From Candidatus Aalborgicola lynettensis (GTDB taxonomy: Bacteria > Pseudomonadota > Gammaproteobacteria > Burkholderiales > Burkholderiaceae_C), in contig JADJZE010000019.1 in the NCBI GenBank assembly GCA_016719405.1, positions 13,580-77,579 on the forward strand: 64,000 nucleotides of DNA. Reading direction: 5' to 3'. This document shows positions 1-12,800 of the stretch, in pieces. How positions within the stretch are numbered: position 1 is the first letter of the stretch; every line of letters begins with the position of its first letter. The notes under the pieces were generated by a model that saw only the letters and a list, made by a program, of their open reading frames with translations, was not told the DNA's origin and searched no databases. The translations under genes and the position numbers were made by a program.

Positions 1-641
1 AGTTGCTTTAACTTGCGGTAGAGGTGGGTTCGCTCAAGCCCGGTTTTCTCGGCAACGCGTGTCATGGATCCATTCTCCCGCGACAGGTGGTATTCAAAAT
101 AGGCTTTTTCAAACTCGTCGCGCGCTTCACGCAACGGTTTATCGAGTACAAAGTTTTGGCATGCCGACAGTCCCGTATCCACAATGCCAATTGGGACCAA
201 AGATACATTCCCGACAGGCTCTGGATGAGTCACAGGCGGCGGCACAGGCTCCACGGCCAACGCAGCCTTGCGCATATTGCCCTTGGCCAAGGCTTGCTCT
301 ACTGCCTTGAGTAACTTTTGCAATGTGATGGGTTTTTCCAGAAACGCGACTGCACCAATTTTGGTGGCCTCCACCGCAGTGTCGATCGTGGCATGTCCGC
401 TCATCATGATGACAGGCATTGTCAACAAGCCAGTGGATGACCACTCTTTCAATAGCGTTACGCCATCGGTGTCGGGCATCCAGATATCCAATAGCACCAA
501 ATCTGGGCGCTCAATCAGGCGCGCCGCCCGCGCTTGCGACGCATTTTCGGCAAGTTCGACGTTGTGCCCTTCGTCGTTCAGAATTTCCCAAAGCAGGTCC
601 CGAATTCCATGCTCGTCATCTACAACCAGAATATTTGCCAT
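1..641 (-). CDS. NtrX-like response regulator (REC domain plus C-terminal Fis-type HTH); 3' end cut by window edge
   Basis: Own translation of the minus strand from ATG at 641-639 gives MANILVVDDEHGIRDLLWEILNDEGHNVELAENASQARAARLIERPDLVLLDIWMPDTDG... It ends at the window edge in ...MTRVAEKTGLERTHLYRKLKQL (HTH). It is absent from the ORF track because it runs off the window. It lies directly downstream of the kinase gene. Confidence 0.85.
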   Translation of the reverse strand, partial: MANILVVDDEHGIRDLLWEILNDEGHNVELAENASQARAARLIERPDLVLLDIWMPDTDGVTLLKEWSSTGLLTMPVIMMSGHATIDTAVEATKIGAVAFLEKPITLQKLLKAVEQALAKGNMRKAALAVEPVPPPVTHPEPVGNVSLVPIGIVDTGLSACQNFVLDKPLREARDEFEKAYFEYHLSRENGSMTRVAEKTGLERTHLYRKLKQ

Positions 642-677
642 GGCGTATCCACTGTCCCTCGTATTTTTGTATTTCGC

Positions 678-2960
678 TCAAAGGTGAGCGGACTTCTCAA
701 CGGCCAATGATAACGATACTTGCGCACCGACTACGACACCGTCCACCAAACGATTTTTTACTTCTACGCGAGAGCCATGTTCGTCCGCAATTTTTTTTAC
801 GACTGCCAACCCCAGACCGGTTCCCTTTGATTTTGTCGTCACGTATGGCTCAAAGGCTCGTTTCAGTATGTGCTCTGGAAAACCGGTGCCACTATCAAGT
901 ACGCTGAGGCGTACCCGCTCTGTCGCTTGCTGCCATTGGGTTCGTAACACTACAACCCTTTCAGACGGGGCATGGTTTTTAGCTGATTCACAGGCATCTT
1001 GCGCGTTTTGCAATAAATTATGAATGACTTGTCGGAGTTGCTGCGCATCCCCCACCACCAAGGGGCACGGTGACTCCAATTCCAAGCGTAATGGGACCGC
1101 AGATGAATTCTCATACAGTTGGGCAATATCCAGCACCAGGGCATTCAGGTCCACAGGCCGCAAATTTGCGGCTGGGAGTCGCGCGTAGTCTCTGAATTCA
1201 TTGACCAGATGCTTCATGGCCTCCACCTGGTCGACAATGGTTTTTACAGATTTGTCGAGTATTGCCTGGTCGCTTGGTGCAAGTTTGCCCGTGAGTTTCA
1301 AGCCCAGCCGTTCTGCAGAAAGTTGAATGGGCGTCAAGGGATTTTTGATTTCGTGGGCCAGCCTGCGTGCCACCTCACCCCATGCTTGTGCTCTTTGTGC
1401 AGATACGATTTCCGAGATGTCATCAAACACCAATAGCCGCTGGTCGCCCGGCAGTTCGGCGCCACGCGCAACCAGTGTCAGTGAACGTTCGAATGGATTT
1501 TGCATGGCATTGGATACAAGGCCCAATTCAAACGATTGCTGCCAGTGATCCAAGCCATGCTCTGTGCGCAGTGTCAAGAAGTCTGCGAATTGGTGTTGCA
1601 CTGCGCGCCCAAAGTCCTGCAGACCGTCTATGTTTGATAGTTGTTCTCCCTGGTGCTGGGCCAATGGTGCATTTAGTATGCGTGCTGCACCCGGATTGGA
1701 CGACAAGATTTGGCCATGAACACCCAGCACCATAACCCCAGCAGTCAAATTGTCGAGAATGGTTTGCAAATTGGCACGCGCAGCATCTACCTGCCCCATA
1801 CTTTGTTGAACCGCTTGCCTCGCTTCTGAGAGTTGCTTGGTCATTGATGCAAAAGCTCTTGTTAGCCCGCCTAGTTCGTCTTTTCCGGGCATCGCCAATT
1901 TGGGAGTTAAGTCGCCCGCAGCCACTTGGCTGACGCCTTCGGCCAACATGAGCAAAGGGCGCACGATCTGGTTTCCCAGTATGACCGCCAGCAAGATGGC
2001 GCCAAATACGGCAAGAAACAAACTAAGCGTCAGTGTCCCGATATACATCCGCTGGAGTCCCAGGCGTCCCAAAGCCCGCTCCTGGTATTCGCGATTTGCA
2101 CTTTCCACCGCAAGCGCATTCGCCGCCAAATTGGGGGGTATAGATTTGCTAACCAAAAGGTAGCGCGCGTCCGCCGTGAGGCCTAACTTGACGCTGGCAA
2201 CAGGCACCAATACTTTGACGCGGGCACCACCGGGGTTGACCAACGCAGTATCGTCCAATCCCTCGATCCATACTATCAATCGATCCACTTTAGCGGAACG
2301 GAACTGACTGGTGAGTGGTTTTACCGGCGCCAGCAAAAACCCGGTTTGTCCTGCACTGGCAAGTAACTTGCCAGACTCTCCCCAAACCGATAGTTCGTCC
2401 ACACCCATTGGTTCAAGCAGTCTGTCGAGCAATACGCCTGACATGGAGTCCGGGTTTTCTGAAAGGTGCCGTGCCGCTGTTTGCGATTTGTTGCCTAAAT
2501 CCTCGGACATGGCATCGAGAGTCACACGCCCGAGGTTCAAGCCAGCTTCGAGCGCACCCTCAACCTTGACGTCAAACCAGGTCTCTATCGATCGAGCAAC
2601 GAACTGGTAAGACACTACGTAAATGAGCAACCCCGGCGCCATTCCGACCAGGGCAAAGATTATCGCCAGCTTGACCAGCAAACGACTACCGAACTTGCCC
2701 TGCCGGAAGCGGGTCCACAAGCGGTGCGCCACCCACACAATGGAGAGCAGCAGCAAACTGGCCACAACCACGTTGATGGTAAAAAGCTGTGTGTAGTTGC
2801 GCTCATACATCTCACGGTTGTTGGTCGCTTGCGTGAGTAGATACAGCAACACCACGCCAATCACCACCATCGTCAACGCGCCAATGGCTATCGTTATCCG
2901 AAAGGTCCGTGCGTTAAAGTGACTCGACGAAGGGGTACTCGCCGTTGCACCGTTAGTCAT
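678..2960 (-). CDS. NtrY-like sensor histidine kinase (TM, HAMP, PAS, HisKA, HATPase)
   Basis: ORF 678..3011 contains the H-box HEIKNPLTPIQLSAERL and the ATPase motifs DSGTGF and GTGLGL. The start is set at ATG 2960, which overlaps the upstream stop as ATGA (2957-2960). Confidence 0.85.
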   Translation of the reverse strand: MTNGATASTPSSSHFNARTFRITIAIGALTMVVIGVVLLYLLTQATNNREMYERNYTQLFTINVVVASLLLLSIVWVAHRLWTRFRQGKFGSRLLVKLAIIFALVGMAPGLLIYVVSYQFVARSIETWFDVKVEGALEAGLNLGRVTLDAMSEDLGNKSQTAARHLSENPDSMSGVLLDRLLEPMGVDELSVWGESGKLLASAGQTGFLLAPVKPLTSQFRSAKVDRLIVWIEGLDDTALVNPGGARVKVLVPVASVKLGLTADARYLLVSKSIPPNLAANALAVESANREYQERALGRLGLQRMYIGTLTLSLFLAVFGAILLAVILGNQIVRPLLMLAEGVSQVAAGDLTPKLAMPGKDELGGLTRAFASMTKQLSEARQAVQQSMGQVDAARANLQTILDNLTAGVMVLGVHGQILSSNPGAARILNAPLAQHQGEQLSNIDGLQDFGRAVQHQFADFLTLRTEHGLDHWQQSFELGLVSNAMQNPFERSLTLVARGAELPGDQRLLVFDDISEIVSAQRAQAWGEVARRLAHEIKNPLTPIQLSAERLGLKLTGKLAPSDQAILDKSVKTIVDQVEAMKHLVNEFRDYARLPAANLRPVDLNALVLDIAQLYENSSAVPLRLELESPCPLVVGDAQQLRQVIHNLLQNAQDACESAKNHAPSERVVVLRTQWQQATERVRLSVLDSGTGFPEHILKRAFEPYVTTKSKGTGLGLAVVKKIADEHGSRVEVKNRLVDGVVVGAQVSLSLAVEKSAHL

Positions 2961-3586
2961 TTCGCAGGGTTCATGTTTAGCGGTACGGTTGCCGTGGCCG
3001 CCAAATCCCATTCTGATTGCCCGAAGGCACCAATTTGAAATGGCAGTGGCAGTTGGCTCAAGTCAAGGCGAAAACGTAATTCGACCTTGTATTTGGTGCC
3101 TGGCAAAATTTCAGCCGCATCTGCAATTTGCCAGTGCGGCACACGTTTGACGGCTGCCAACGCCTGGTCGAGCGTGTCATAGTTTTGGTTGAGTGCCAAT
3201 CCGACCCCCCCCTCACGCCCCGCTCCAGCTGTCACATTGAGTCGCCAACGCCGCATTAAGGGTAGATACACGAGCCGCATGTGGCGCTTTGCGGAGGTCA
3301 TTTTGCGATCAAACCAGTACCAGCGCTCTCGCAACAGTTCAGCCTCCAGCACAAAATAAAGTGGCACTCCCTTAAGCAACGCATCTTCGACGACCGCGGG
3401 GAGCTCGAAAACGATATTGCCCGTAGCAATCACCTCATCATCTACCCGCTCTACACTCAGTTGTCCAATATCGACGGGACTTTGCGCGTGGACCAGGGTT
3501 GCGCAGCAGACGAGCACAAACAGGCAGATGCACCGTGCGGCAACATCACCCCCCCCGTTTTTCCAGCAGCGCGTAATAAAAGCCAT
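2957..3586 (-). CDS. DUF4390-like secreted protein
   Basis: ORF 2957..3619. The N-terminus MAFITRCWKNGGG..CICLFVLVCCATLVHAQ looks like a signal peptide. Its position between rsmB and the NtrY-like kinase is the usual betaproteobacterial arrangement (from memory). The start is ambiguous (3586 or 3619), and both candidates overlap the rsmB 3' end. Confidence 0.6.
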   Translation of the reverse strand: MAFITRCWKNGGGDVAARCICLFVLVCCATLVHAQSPVDIGQLSVERVDDEVIATGNIVFELPAVVEDALLKGVPLYFVLEAELLRERWYWFDRKMTSAKRHMRLVYLPLMRRWRLNVTAGAGREGGVGLALNQNYDTLDQALAAVKRVPHWQIADAAEILPGTKYKVELRFRLDLSQLPLPFQIGAFGQSEWDLAATATVPLNMNPAK

Positions 3587-4871
3587 CGTGATCACGGTGC
3601 ATATTGTCCGGGAGCGCATTGAATTTCTCCGCTGGTCCAGGCATTAAATGACCTGGGGACGACAGCAACTGTGCGTCGGTGTTGTGTGCAAGAAACGTTT
3701 GAACCTGCTCGCTTCCCTCGGACTTGAATATGGAACAGGTGCAATAGAGCATTCGGCCGCCAGGGCGCAATAGACCCCACAAAGCGCCAAGAATGCGTTT
3801 TTGTATTTGCACTAAATGTGCAATATCCGTTTCTCGACGGAGCCAGCGAATGTCGGGATGGCGCCGCACAATACCCGATGCGGTGCATGGTGCATCTACC
3901 AGGATGGCATCGAAGGTTTGACCATCCCACCACTCTTGGGGCGCCGCAGCATCTGCATTCAGCACATGTGCTTTCAGACCCAATCGCTGCAAGTTTTGGT
4001 GAATGCGCGGACACCGCTCGGGGTCCTTTTCAATTGCCGTGACATGGGCTTCGCACAACTCCAGAATATGCCCCGTTTTTCCCCCTGGCGCGGCGCAAGC
4101 GTCCAGAATCCGCAACGGTGCAGTGATTTGCAGTCCGTTGAGTAACAAGGGGGCCGCCATTTGGGCCGCTGAATCCTGCACAGATACCCAGCCCTCGTCA
4201 AACCCGGGAATTTGATGTACCGGCATAGGTTTATCGAGAACAATTGCACCCTGCCAATCCACCGTGAATTTGACGCCAGCTTGTTCCAGCGACGCTGCAA
4301 AATTCGAAAGTGCACATCTCCGCCGATTGACCCGCAGGGTCATTGGAGCTTGGCGGTTGGATGCACTCAGAATTTCTTGCCACTGAAGCGGATATTCAGT
4401 GGCCACGCGCTGAATCCACCACGTGGGAAAGTTCCATTGTGCGGCTAGGCTATTGTCGGTCGCATGTACCAACGACTCACGCTCGCGTAAGAATCGCCGC
4501 ATGCACGCGTTGACAAAGCTTGCTTGCTGCTTGGTCGCAGGATCCCGTTTGGCTGCTTCGACTATCTGGTTGACCAGGGTAAACATGTCGTACGGTGCAT
4601 CATCTGCACGCCATGCCAGTGCCAGCCCCACACACAGTAGTGCCTCCACAGGCGGTGGCGGCTGCCTGCTGGCCAGCAGTTTGCGCAAGGCCTGCGCCCG
4701 ACCGAGGTTGCGCAATACTTGGAAACTCAGTGCCTGTACCCCAGAACGCAAATCGCCCGGTACAGCCTCAATGGCTGCAGTGCCCGACACTCCGCGGCGT
4801 ACCGATAAGACTACGGTTGTTGTTGCTATGAGTTGGCGCCAAAGCGGAATGGGATCTTGCACAGAATTCAT
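3546..4871 (-). CDS. rsmB: 16S rRNA (cytosine967-C5)-methyltransferase
   Basis: 441 aa with an N-terminal NusB-like region and the SAM methyltransferase motifs ILDACAAPGGKT, DAPCTASG and MLYCTCS. Confidence 0.9.
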   Translation of the reverse strand: MNSVQDPIPLWRQLIATTTVVLSVRRGVSGTAAIEAVPGDLRSGVQALSFQVLRNLGRAQALRKLLASRQPPPPVEALLCVGLALAWRADDAPYDMFTLVNQIVEAAKRDPATKQQASFVNACMRRFLRERESLVHATDNSLAAQWNFPTWWIQRVATEYPLQWQEILSASNRQAPMTLRVNRRRCALSNFAASLEQAGVKFTVDWQGAIVLDKPMPVHQIPGFDEGWVSVQDSAAQMAAPLLLNGLQITAPLRILDACAAPGGKTGHILELCEAHVTAIEKDPERCPRIHQNLQRLGLKAHVLNADAAAPQEWWDGQTFDAILVDAPCTASGIVRRHPDIRWLRRETDIAHLVQIQKRILGALWGLLRPGGRMLYCTCSIFKSEGSEQVQTFLAHNTDAQLLSSPGHLMPGPAEKFNALPDNMHRDHDGFYYALLEKRGG

Positions 4872-4878
4872 GGCGTAC

Positions 4879-5436
4879 TCACATTAGGCTTGTAGGCTTG
4901 AAACCCATGGCATGTACGAGCATCCGAGCCGGAAACTGGGCAATCGCCTCGTTGTAGTTCGACAAAATATGATTGAGGCCCTCACGCGAAGCACGTATTC
5001 TTAAAGTCGCAGCATCCCACTGCGCTTGCATGTCATCCGGAATCGAGTGCTGATCAACCTGTTGTTGCACATTCACCCAATTACGCCACGCTTGTTGTGT
5101 TGCCTCAAACGCAATGCCGATCTTGGCCACGGATTGCCCCCCAAGGAGTCCTCCCCTGGCATCCTTTAAGGTTTGATCCAACGCGTGGACTGCGGTCAGC
5201 AAGTATGTCAGTTCAGGATCCGACGTTACCGCCATTTCGGCATGATCGGTTGTCCACTGGTTGCTTGTTGAGCCTCTCAGTATGTCGACGAGTGCAAAAC
5301 ACCTGTGTGCGTGCTTTTCAACCGATCGCAAGGCGGCCGCTCCGCGAACCTGCATACGTGCAAGCCTGTTGTAGACACCAACACACCAAAACAGAGTGAC
5401 CGCCAAGCCCCCCCAAAGCCACAATGAACTGTTCAT
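4879..5436 (-). CDS. LemA family membrane protein
   Basis: 185 aa with an N-terminal TM helix followed by YNRLARMQV... The C-terminal NYNEAIAQFPARMLVHAMGFKP resembles the LemA signature. Confidence 0.65.
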   Translation of the reverse strand: MNSSLWLWGGLAVTLFWCVGVYNRLARMQVRGAAALRSVEKHAHRCFALVDILRGSTSNQWTTDHAEMAVTSDPELTYLLTAVHALDQTLKDARGGLLGGQSVAKIGIAFEATQQAWRNWVNVQQQVDQHSIPDDMQAQWDAATLRIRASREGLNHILSNYNEAIAQFPARMLVHAMGFKPTSLM

Positions 5437-5445
5437 GTTTGTTCA

Positions 5446-5485
5446 ATAAAAAAACCCAAGCCTTGCATACGCAATGGCTTGGGTT
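5446..5485 (-). terminator. Rho-independent terminator after rpoC
   Basis: 10-bp stem AACCCAAGCC (5453-5462) pairs with GGCTTGGGTT (5476-5485). On the minus strand it is followed by a U-run (the A-run 5446-5454 on plus). Confidence 0.75.
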
Positions 5486-5509
5486 GCTACGCAAATTGCA
5501 GCAATCAGG

Positions 5510-8500
5510 TTATTCGCTGGCTGTACCTTCGTCGGCTTGCAATTCTGCAACAGTGTCGCCGTCGCCGGCCAATTCCGCGGCCTCCGCCTCAGCAATAGCG
5601 CGACGCTCTGCATCGTCCATGCTTTCGCGCACTTTGCGCGCCTCGTGGTAGGCCAAACCCGTGCCCGCAGGAATCAAGCGACCCACAATCACGTTTTCCT
5701 TCAAGCCACGCAGTTCGTCACGTTTGCCCATGATGGCGGCTTCAGTCAACACGCGGGTTGTCTCCTGGAAGGAGGCTGCGCTAATGAAGCTGTCCGTAGA
5801 CAGGGATGCCTTGGTAATACCCAGCAACAAGTTGCTATAAGTAGCCGGGATTTTTCCTTCGGCACGCAGAGCGTCATTGGTATTCAGCATTTCAGAACGC
5901 TCAACCTGCTCGCCGTTGATGTAACTGGAGTCGCCTGCCGCTTCGACCACCACACGGCGCAGCATCTGACGAACAATCACTTCAATATGTTTGTCGTTGA
6001 TCTTCACGCCTTGCAAGCGGTACACGTCCTGCACTTCGTCGACGATGTAGCGGGCCAATTCTTCTGAGCCCAGCAAGCGCAAAATGTCTTGCGGATCGGC
6101 GGGACCATCAACAACGGACTCGCCTTTGTTAACCACCTGGCCTTCGTGCACCAGAATGTTCTTTTCTTTGGGCACCAACTCTTCCCACACCTTGCCGTCC
6201 GGGTCGGTAATTTGCAAACGAATTTTGCCTTTGGTTTCTTTGCCAAAGGAAATGGTGCCCGTAATCTCCGCGAGCGTTCCCTTGTCTTTGGGAGTACGCG
6301 CTTCAAACAATTCAGCAACACGCGGCAGACCACCGGTAATGTCGCGGGTCTTCTGGCCTTCGATAGGAATACGTGCCAGCACTTCACCAGGCCCGACGTC
6401 CATGCCGTCACGCACCTGGATCAGCGCACCAACCGGGAAGCCAATTGTCACCGAGTGATCGGTACCAGGGATTTTGACCTCGTTGCCGGATGCATCAATC
6501 AACTTAACCTGCGGGCGCACCACCTTGGTCGCGCCACGACGTTTGGGATCAATCACCACCATGGTGGAAAGGCCGGTAACCTCATCAACCTGTTTGGCAA
6601 CAGTCAATCCTTCCTCGACATTTTCAAAGTGCGCCTTTCCGGCGAACTCGGTGATGATGGGACGGGTCAATGGGTCCCAGTTTGCCAAAATTACGCCTGC
6701 CTTCACCGCCTGATCGGCCTTGACCGACAAAACAGCGCCATAAGGAACTTTGTGACGCTCACGTTCGCGCCCGTGTTCGTCATGAATAACAATTTCACCC
6801 GAACGTGAAATGACGACCAACTCTTTCTTGCTGTTGGTCACATAGCGCATGGTGGAATTGAATCCAATGCTACCGTTGGACTTCGCTTCGACGCTAGATG
6901 CGATTGCTGCGCGCGATGCCGCGCCACCAATGTGGAAAGTTCGCATAGTCAACTGGGTGCCAGGTTCACCAATGGATTGGGCGGCAATCACACCAACCGC
7001 TTCACCACCATTGATCAAGCCACCACGCCCCAGATCACGTCCATAACATTTGGCACAAATTCCAAAGCGTGTTTCACAGGTCAACGCCGTACGCACCTTG
7101 ACCTCGTCAACTCCAGCAGCCTCCAGATCATCGATCATGTCTTCGTCCAGCATGGTTCCAGCTGTTGCAAGAACTGCACGATTCTCGGGGTGCAACACGT
7201 CATCTGCAGCGGTGCGCCCCAGAATACGATCACGCAGTGACTCAATGACCTCACCGCCTTCAACAATAGCGCGCATCAGGTAGCCGCTGTGGGTTTCGCA
7301 ATCCTGCTCGGTCACGACCAGGTCTTGGGTCACATCCACCAAGCGGCGGGTCAGGTAACCGGAATTGGCCGTCTTCAAGGCTGTATCAGCCAGACCTTTT
7401 CGGGCGCCGTGGGTGGAGATAAAGTATTCCAATACGTTCAGCCCTTCGCGGAAGTTCGCGGTGATGGGCGTCTCGATGATGGAGCCATCAGGCTTGGCCA
7501 TCAATCCACGCATACCTGCAACTTGGCGAATCTGTGCAGCAGAGCCACGCGCTCCGGAGTCGGCCATCATGTAGATGGAGTTGAAGGACTCTTGCTGAAC
7601 TTGCTTGCCGTGGCGGTCGATTACCGTTTCCTTCGACAACTTAGCCATCATGACCTTGGACACTTCGTCACCCGACTTGCCCCAGATATCCACCACCTTG
7701 TTGTAGCGCTCACCAGAGGTCACCAAACCAGACACGTACTGCTGCTCAATCTCTTTGACCTCTTTTTGTGCGCGCTCGATGATGCCGTGCTTCTCTTCTG
7801 GCACCAACATGTCTTCGATGCAAATTGAGATGCCGGCTTTGGTCGCAAGTCGAAAGCCCGCCTGCAGCAACTTGTCCGCAAACACCACCGTGTCTTTCAA
7901 GCCGCACTTGCGGAATGACACATTGATCAGCTTGGATATCTCCTTTTTCTTGAGTGCTTTGTTGATGTTGGAGAAAGGCAATCCCTTGGGCAAAATTTCG
8001 GACAGCAAGGCGCGCCCCGCGGTGGTTTCCCACAACTTTGTCGATGGCGTCAGTTCGCCGGTAATTTTGTTCTTGGTGTACTCGGTCAGACGCACATTGA
8101 TTCGGGCGTTGAGCTCCACTTCGCCTGCGTCAAAGGCACGCTGTACTTCGCCGGTATCGGCAAAAATCAAACCCTCGCCCTTGCCATTGATGCGCTCGCG
8201 CGTGGTGTAGTACAAGCCCAGAACCACGTCTTGCGAAGGCACAATGGAGGGCTCACCGTTGGCAGGGAACAGTATGTTATTAGATGCCAACATCAAAGTG
8301 CGGGCTTCCATCTGCGCTTCCACTGACAACGGTACGTGAACCGCCATCTGGTCACCGTCGAAGTCAGCGTTGAAGGCCGCGCAAACGAGGGGGTGCAACT
8401 GAATCGCCTTGCCTTCAATCAGGATGGGCTCGAACGCCTGAATGCCCAAACGGTGCAAGGTAGGCGCACGGTTCAGCATGATCGGGTGTTCTTTGATGAC

Positions 8501-9736
8501 CTCTTCCAGAATATCCCACACCACGGGCGTGCCGGATTCGACTTCCTTCTTGGCCGCCTTGATCGTGGTTGCAATACCCATTGCTTCCAGGCGTGCGAAG
8601 ATGAAGGGCTTGAAAAGCTCCAAGGCCATCAATTTGGGCAAACCGCATTGGTGCAGCTTGAGGGTTGGACCCACGGTAATCACAGAACGACCGGAGTAGT
8701 CCACGCGCTTGCCCAGCAAGTTCTGGCGGAAACGACCGGATTTACCCTTGATCATGTCAGCCAGTGACTTCAATGCACGTTTGTTGGCGCCGGTCATGGC
8801 CTTCCCACGGCGGCCGTTGTCCAGCAAGCTGTCCACGGCTTCTTGCAACATGCGCTTCTCATTGCGCGCAATGATTTCCGGTGCCTTCAACTCCAGCAGA
8901 CGGCGCAGGCGGCTGTTGCGGTTGATCACGCGGCGGTACAGATCATTCAGGTCGGAGGTTGCAAATCGACCACCATCCAGCGGCACCAATGGACGCAAAT
9001 CCGGCGGCAACACCGGCAGCACTTCCAACACCATCCACTCAGGTTTGATGCCCGACTTTTTGAATGCTTCCAAGACCTTCAAACGCTTGGCGTTCTTTTT
9101 GATCTTGAGTTCGGAGCCCGTCAGGTCATTGCGCAGTTTTTCGATCGAACCTTCGATGTCGATGCTTTGCAGCAGGTCCTTGATGCCTTCAGCACCCATT
9201 TTGGCCTGGAACTCATCTCCGTACTCTTTGAATTTGGCGTCATAGTCATCCTCCGACATGATGCTGAATTTCTTCAACGGGGTCATGCCAGGATCGGTGA
9301 CCACATAGGCTTCAAAGTACAACACACGTTCGATGTCGCGCAAGGTCATGTCGAGCACCAGGCCCAAACGGCTGGGCAGTGACTTCAGGAACCAGATGTG
9401 GGCGCAAGGCGCGGCCAGGTCGATATGGCCCATACGCTCACGGCGCACTTTGGTCTGGGTTACTTCGACACCGCACTTTTCGCAGATCACACCACGGTGC
9501 TTGAGGCGCTTGTATTTGCCGCACAGGCATTCGTAGTCTTTGATCGGGCCGAATATTTTTGCACAAAACAAACCATCCCGCTCCGGCTTGAATGTGCGGT
9601 AGTTGATGGTTTCAGGCTTGCGCACCTCACCAAAAGACCACGAACGGATCTTCTCAGGAGACGCCATACCAATCTGAATAGCACCGAAGTGCTCATCAGG
9701 AGTGAACTGCTTGAACAGGTCGAGTAAAGATTTCAT
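5510..9736 (-). CDS. rpoC: DNA-directed RNA polymerase subunit beta'
   Basis: 1408 aa containing the [12 protein letters not shown] catalytic motif and the zinc-binding CLCGKYKR...CEKCGVEV. Confidence 0.99.
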   Translation of the reverse strand: MKSLLDLFKQFTPDEHFGAIQIGMASPEKIRSWSFGEVRKPETINYRTFKPERDGLFCAKIFGPIKDYECLCGKYKRLKHRGVICEKCGVEVTQTKVRRERMGHIDLAAPCAHIWFLKSLPSRLGLVLDMTLRDIERVLYFEAYVVTDPGMTPLKKFSIMSEDDYDAKFKEYGDEFQAKMGAEGIKDLLQSIDIEGSIEKLRNDLTGSELKIKKNAKRLKVLEAFKKSGIKPEWMVLEVLPVLPPDLRPLVPLDGGRFATSDLNDLYRRVINRNSRLRRLLELKAPEIIARNEKRMLQEAVDSLLDNGRRGKAMTGANKRALKSLADMIKGKSGRFRQNLLGKRVDYSGRSVITVGPTLKLHQCGLPKLMALELFKPFIFARLEAMGIATTIKAAKKEVESGTPVVWDILEEVIKEHPIMLNRAPTLHRLGIQAFEPILIEGKAIQLHPLVCAAFNADFDGDQMAVHVPLSVEAQMEARTLMLASNNILFPANGEPSIVPSQDVVLGLYYTTRERINGKGEGLIFADTGEVQRAFDAGEVELNARINVRLTEYTKNKITGELTPSTKLWETTAGRALLSEILPKGLPFSNINKALKKKEISKLINVSFRKCGLKDTVVFADKLLQAGFRLATKAGISICIEDMLVPEEKHGIIERAQKEVKEIEQQYVSGLVTSGERYNKVVDIWGKSGDEVSKVMMAKLSKETVIDRHGKQVQQESFNSIYMMADSGARGSAAQIRQVAGMRGLMAKPDGSIIETPITANFREGLNVLEYFISTHGARKGLADTALKTANSGYLTRRLVDVTQDLVVTEQDCETHSGYLMRAIVEGGEVIESLRDRILGRTAADDVLHPENRAVLATAGTMLDEDMIDDLEAAGVDEVKVRTALTCETRFGICAKCYGRDLGRGGLINGGEAVGVIAAQSIGEPGTQLTMRTFHIGGAASRAAIASSVEAKSNGSIGFNSTMRYVTNSKKELVVISRSGEIVIHDEHGRERERHKVPYGAVLSVKADQAVKAGVILANWDPLTRPIITEFAGKAHFENVEEGLTVAKQVDEVTGLSTMVVIDPKRRGATKVVRPQVKLIDASGNEVKIPGTDHSVTIGFPVGALIQVRDGMDVGPGEVLARIPIEGQKTRDITGGLPRVAELFEARTPKDKGTLAEITGTISFGKETKGKIRLQITDPDGKVWEELVPKEKNILVHEGQVVNKGESVVDGPADPQDILRLLGSEELARYIVDEVQDVYRLQGVKINDKHIEVIVRQMLRRVVVEAAGDSSYINGEQVERSEMLNTNDALRAEGKIPATYSNLLLGITKASLSTDSFISAASFQETTRVLTEAAIMGKRDELRGLKENVIVGRLIPAGTGLAYHEARKVRESMDDAERRAIAEAEAAELAGDGDTVAELQADEGTASE

Positions 9737-9806
9737 CGCATTAATTCTTTCTTAATCAGTTGAGGACAGCGCCAGCGCGTTGCGCATCACTCTGTCCCGC
9801 AAGACC

Positions 9807-12800
9807 TCAGGAGCGTTCAAGTTCAATATCGATGCCCAAGGAACGAATTTCCTTGACCAAAACATTGAACGACTCTGGCATACCGGCTTCAATAGAATGT
9901 TCGCCCTTGACAATGCTTTCGTACACCTTGGTACGGCCTTGCACGTCATCTGACTTGACGGTAAGCATTTCTTGCAAGGTGTAGGCGGCACCATACGCTT
10001 CCAGCGCCCAGACCTCCATCTCACCAAAACGCTGACCACCGAACTGGGCCTTGCCGCCCAAAGGTTGCTGCGTAACCAGGCTGTAAGGACCTGTCGAGCG
10101 GGCGTGCATTTTGTCGTCCACCAAATGGTGAAGTTTCAAGAAGTGCATATAGCCTACCGTCGTTGGACGCTCAAATTGCTCGCCGGTTCTGCCGTCGAAC
10201 AAATGCGCTTGGGTACGGGCAGTCGTGAGCCCCTTGGCTTTAACAATGTCGTCCGGGTACGCCAACTCCAGCATTCCGCGAATTTCTTGCTCGGTAGCGC
10301 CATCGAAAACAGGTGTCGCAAACGTCGCTCCACCAGCCAGATTCGCGGCCATTTCAAAGACTTCGCCATCGCGGAGGTTGGCCAGTTCTTCTTTGCGGCC
10401 AGAGCCGTTGTAGATTTTTTCCATGAATCCACGCACTTCGGCCACTTTGGCCTCTGCCTGGAGCATGTCACCGATACGCTGGCCAATCCCCTTGGCAGCC
10501 CAACCCAAATGCACCTCCAGCACCTGACCCACATTCATACGCGAGGGCACGCCCAATGGATTTAGTGCGATATCGCACGGCGTTCCATCGGCCATGTAAG
10601 GCATGTCTTCCACCGGAACGATTTTGGAAACGACCCCTTTGTTACCGTGGCGTCCGGCCATCTTGTCACCGGGCTGCAAGCGGCGTTTGACGGCGATGTA
10701 GACCTTAACCATCTTCAGCACGCCAGCGGGTAGTTCATCGCCTTGGGTCAACTTCTTGCGCTTTTCTTCAAATGCCAAGTCAAAGCTGTGACGCGTCTGC
10801 TCCAGAGAGTTCTTGATGCTCTCCAGTTGGCTGGCGACTTCATCCTCAGCGGGACGAATATCGAACCAGTGGAACCTTTCCACGGATGCGAGGTAGGCCT
10901 TGTCGATTTTTGTGCCCTTGGCCAGTTTTTGCGGGCCGCCGTTGGCAACCTTGCCCACCAACAATTTCTCAATACGGTCGAACGCATCCGCTTCCACAAT
11001 GCGAATCTGATCGTTCAAATCAAGACGGAAACGCTTGAGTTCGTCGTCAATGATTTGCTGCGCACGGCGGTCACGCGGAATACCCTCACGGGTAAACACC
11101 TGCACATCGATCACGGTACCTTGAGAGCCTTGATCCACACGCAACGACGTGTCTTTCACGTCACTGGCTTTTTCGCCAAAGATGGCACGCAATAGCTTCT
11201 CTTCTGGCGTCAACGTGGTCTCACCCTTGGGTGTAACCTTGCCCACCAATGTGTCGCCGGGTTGAACCTCGGCACCCACATAGATGATGCCGGATTCATC
11301 CAGACGGTTGAGTTGTTGTTCACTCAAATTGGGAATGTCACGCGTAATCTCTTCAGAACCGAGCTTCGTGTCACGCGCCATCACCACCAATTCTTCAATG
11401 TGGATGGATGTGTAGCGATCCTCCGCAACAACACGCTCGGAAATCAAAATCGAGTCCTCGAAGTTGTAACCGTTCCAAGGCATAAACGCGACCAGCATGT
11501 TCTGACCCAAAGCCAACTCACCGAGGTCTGTTGATGCACCATCGGCGATCACATCTCCCTTGGCCAATCTGTCACCCTTCTTCACGATGGGTCGCTGGTG
11601 GATATTGGTGTTCTGGTTGGAGCGCTGGTACTTAATCAGGTTGTAAATATCCACACCGACTTCACCTGCCTGTGCTTCTGCATCGTTGACACGAATCACA
11701 ATGCGGGTTGCATCAACATAGTCCACCACACCGCCACGGGTTGCGGTAACCACCGTGCCGGAGTCCACCGCTGCTACGCGTTCGATTCCAGTGCCCACGA
11801 AGGGCTTTTCCGGGCGCAAGATGGGCACAGCCTGTCGTGACATGTTGGCACCCATCAGCGCGCGATTCGCATCATCGTGCTCCAAGAAGGGCACCAGGGA
11901 TGCCGCTACCGACACGATCTGCGCAGGCGACACGTCCATGTACTGCACACGTTCCGCACCAACCAGGATGGATTCACCTTTTTCACGCGCAGAAACCAAA
12001 TCACCGGTCAGCTTACCGTCCTTGTCGAGCGCCGCGTTAGCCTGCGCAATGACGTATTTCCCCTCCTCTATTGCCGACAGGTAGTCAATTTCGTTGGTGA
12101 TCTTCGCATCAACGACGCGGCGATAGGGGGTCTCGATGAAACCGTACTCATTCAGACGCGCATACAAGGCTAGCGAGTTAATCAGACCGATATTAGGACC
12201 TTCAGGCGTTTCAATGGGACACACACGACCGTAATGGGTCACGTGCACATCTCGCACTTCGAAGCCCGCGCGTTCACGGGTCAAACCACCCGGGCCAAGG
12301 GCAGAAACACGACGTTTGTGCGTAATTTCCGACAATGGGTTGGTTTGATCCATGAACTGGGACAGCTGCGACGCACCGAAGAACTCCTTGAGCGCAGCGG
12401 ATATAGGCTTGCTGTTGATCAGGTCGTGCGGCATCAGCGGCTCTTGCTCCGCTTGACCTAGGCGTTCTTTCACGGCCTTCTCGATACGTGCCAAACCGGT
12501 ACGGTACTGGTTCTCGGCCAATTCACCGACACAACGCACACGGCGGTTACCCAGATGATCGATATCGTCGACATCACCACGACCATTGCGCAAGTCGACC
12601 AAAATCTTGACAACCGCCAAGATATCTTCATTGGTCAAAACTTTCGGTCCAGTGGATTCGGAGCGCCCCATCTTGGCATTGAACTTCATGCGACCAACGC
12701 GTGAAAGATCATAGGTGTCGGGGTTATAGAACAACCGTTGAAACAGGGCTTGCACGGCATCTTCCGTGGGCGGCTCACCAGGACGCATCATGCGGTAGAT

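Noticed and set aside
24-907. Several 80-160-aa ORFs at the left edge (24..314, 268..687, 419..907, 139..444)
   Set aside because: All overlap the response-regulator gene, which reads cleanly on the minus strand from 641 to the window edge.
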